In this document: positions 62,931 to 64,000 of the stretch, piece after piece
Layout of the letters: each line of letters starts with the position of its first letter
Position numbering within the stretch: the first letter of the stretch is position 1
NCBI GenBank assembly: GCA_963776345.1
Contig: CAVZMH010000013.1
Location: 128,001-192,000, forward strand
Reading direction: 5' to 3'
Source: an uncultured delta proteobacterium
GTDB taxonomy: Bacteria; Myxococcota; Myxococcia; Myxococcales; Myxococcaceae
Length of the DNA stretch: 64,000 nt
The notes under the pieces: model-generated
Seen by the model: the letters and a program-made list of their open reading frames with translations, nothing else
Databases searched by the model: none
What the model was told of the DNA's origin: nothing
Position numbers and translations under genes: made by a program

Positions 62931-64000
62931 TCGAGCTTGGCGAGGAGGTCCTTGACCCGGCGCGCGAGGTCCTCGTCCGCGCGCGACTCCAGCAGCTCGC
63001 CAGCCTGGAAGAGCAGGAAGAACATCACGTCGGAGAGCGCCTGCCGGAGCGAGGCCACCGGCTCGCTGCCCATGGTGGGCCGGGCGTGGAGGTAGGCCGC
63101 GAGCACCTTGCGCTCGTCGAAGCGGCCGTCCGGCCCGAGCTCGAGGTCGCGGAGCACCGGCGACTCGGAGAGGCTGCGGCTCCGGAGGGCGGCGTTGGCG
63201 GCGGCGAGGAACTCCCCGGCCCTGCCGTGCGAGGCGACCTCCCGGAGGACCTCGGCGAAGATGGTGTCGAAGGCGTGGACCACGCGGGCGGCCGGGTCGA
63301 TTGGGGTGCCCCGGGCAGGGGTCCGCCCGCGCGTCGGGGGTTCCACCTCGGCGTGCTTCATCTCGTGGACGGAGGCGTAGCCGCCCTCGAGGAGCCGGAA
63401 GAGGACCTTGGTGGCGTCGAACTCGCTGAGCTTCGAGGCCTGGGCGAGCTGGAGCACGGTGCGCTGGCCGTTGGCGAGCCCGAGCAGCCGGTCCTCGTCA
63501 GGCTGGAGCTTCCCGTCGCTGGGCCGCTTCTTGCTCACGTAGACCCGCCCGTGGGGGATGCGCTGCCGGAAGTGCTGCAGCTCGTCGATCTTCCGGATGG
63601 CGTCCATCAGCAGGCTCTGGGTGGAGAGCTGGACGCTGGGTCCGGTCTTCTCGTCCGGCTCCTGGTCGACCAGGGTGAAGGCGCCCTCGCGGGCGAGGAC
63701 GATGGCGTGGAAGATCTCCGCGACCTGCTGGGTGACGCAGGCCCAAAGGTCGTGCGGCTGGAGGAGCCCGCGGTCGACGAGCGCCCGGCCGACGCGGCTC
63801 GGGGGGTTGTCCCGGAGGGCGTCCTCGACGTCGGAGCGCGGGGCGTGGCCGAGCCGGACCAGGACCTCGCTCAGCCGGTCGGCGGGGTCCTCGCTGCTCG
63901 CGCCGCGGACCTCGCCGTCGTCGAGCACCACCGAGCGCTCGCCGCCGGGGGCGTGGAGCCGGAGCGTGCCCGTCCAGCGCGACTGGCTGAGGAAGGCGAT
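62927..64000 (-). CDS. DUF4388 domain protein (5' end outside the window)
   Basis: Frame open to the window edge (IAFLSQSRWTGTL...); RVGRALV, LLMDAIRKIDE. Confidence 0.8.
   Translation of the reverse strand: MAFLSQSRWTGTLRLHAPGGERSVVLDDGEVRGASSEDPADRLSEVLVRLGHAPRSDVEDALRDNPPSRVGRALVDRGLLQPHDLWACVTQQVAEIFHAIVLAREGAFTLVDQEPDEKTGPSVQLSTQSLLMDAIRKIDELQHFRQRIPHGRVYVSKKRPSDGKLQPDEDRLLGLANGQRTVLQLAQASKLSEFDATKVLFRLLEGGYASVHEMKHAEVEPPTRGRTPARGTPIDPAARVVHAFDTIFAEVLREVASHGRAGEFLAAANAALRSRSLSESPVLRDLELGPDGRFDERKVLAAYLHARPTMGSEPVASLRQALSDVMFFLLFQAGELLESRADEDLARRVKDLLAKLD

Overview
High-GC (by eye ~73-75%) myxobacterial (Myxococcaceae-like) chromosomal segment, mostly core genes. It carries rplY-pth-rpsF-rpsR-rplI-dnaB, thiE-(C26 hydrolase)-thiD, clpB, truA, a Pkn14-like kinase next to the developmental locus mrpA-mrpB-mrpC, a MutS-like ATPase, an M1 peptidase, an orphan DNA methyltransferase, rpmE, pal-cpoB, a sigma54 activator, xth, a TPR-PBP1A-SBP-histidine kinase operon, HPF, an aromatic amino acid decarboxylase, a Rof-like protein and truD. 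Two blocks look accessory: an MddA-like methyltransferase cassette (7.2-10.2 kb) and an outer-membrane/DUF3141-fabI block (17.6-25 kb). I found no rRNA, tRNA, CRISPR array, transposase or integrase. The most interesting signals are an S6:S18-type RNA leader, a possible sigma54-driven PBP1A/orphan-SBP/kinase envelope-sensing circuit, AT-rich codon patches inside mrpB and xth, a pseudokinase-kinase tandem, a kinase with an RHH-like tail, a 60-bp structured tandem repeat and an internally deleted dehydrogenase relic. Three single-base frameshifts may be sequencing errors. All family calls come from motif recognition and memory, not database searches, and several start codons are estimates.
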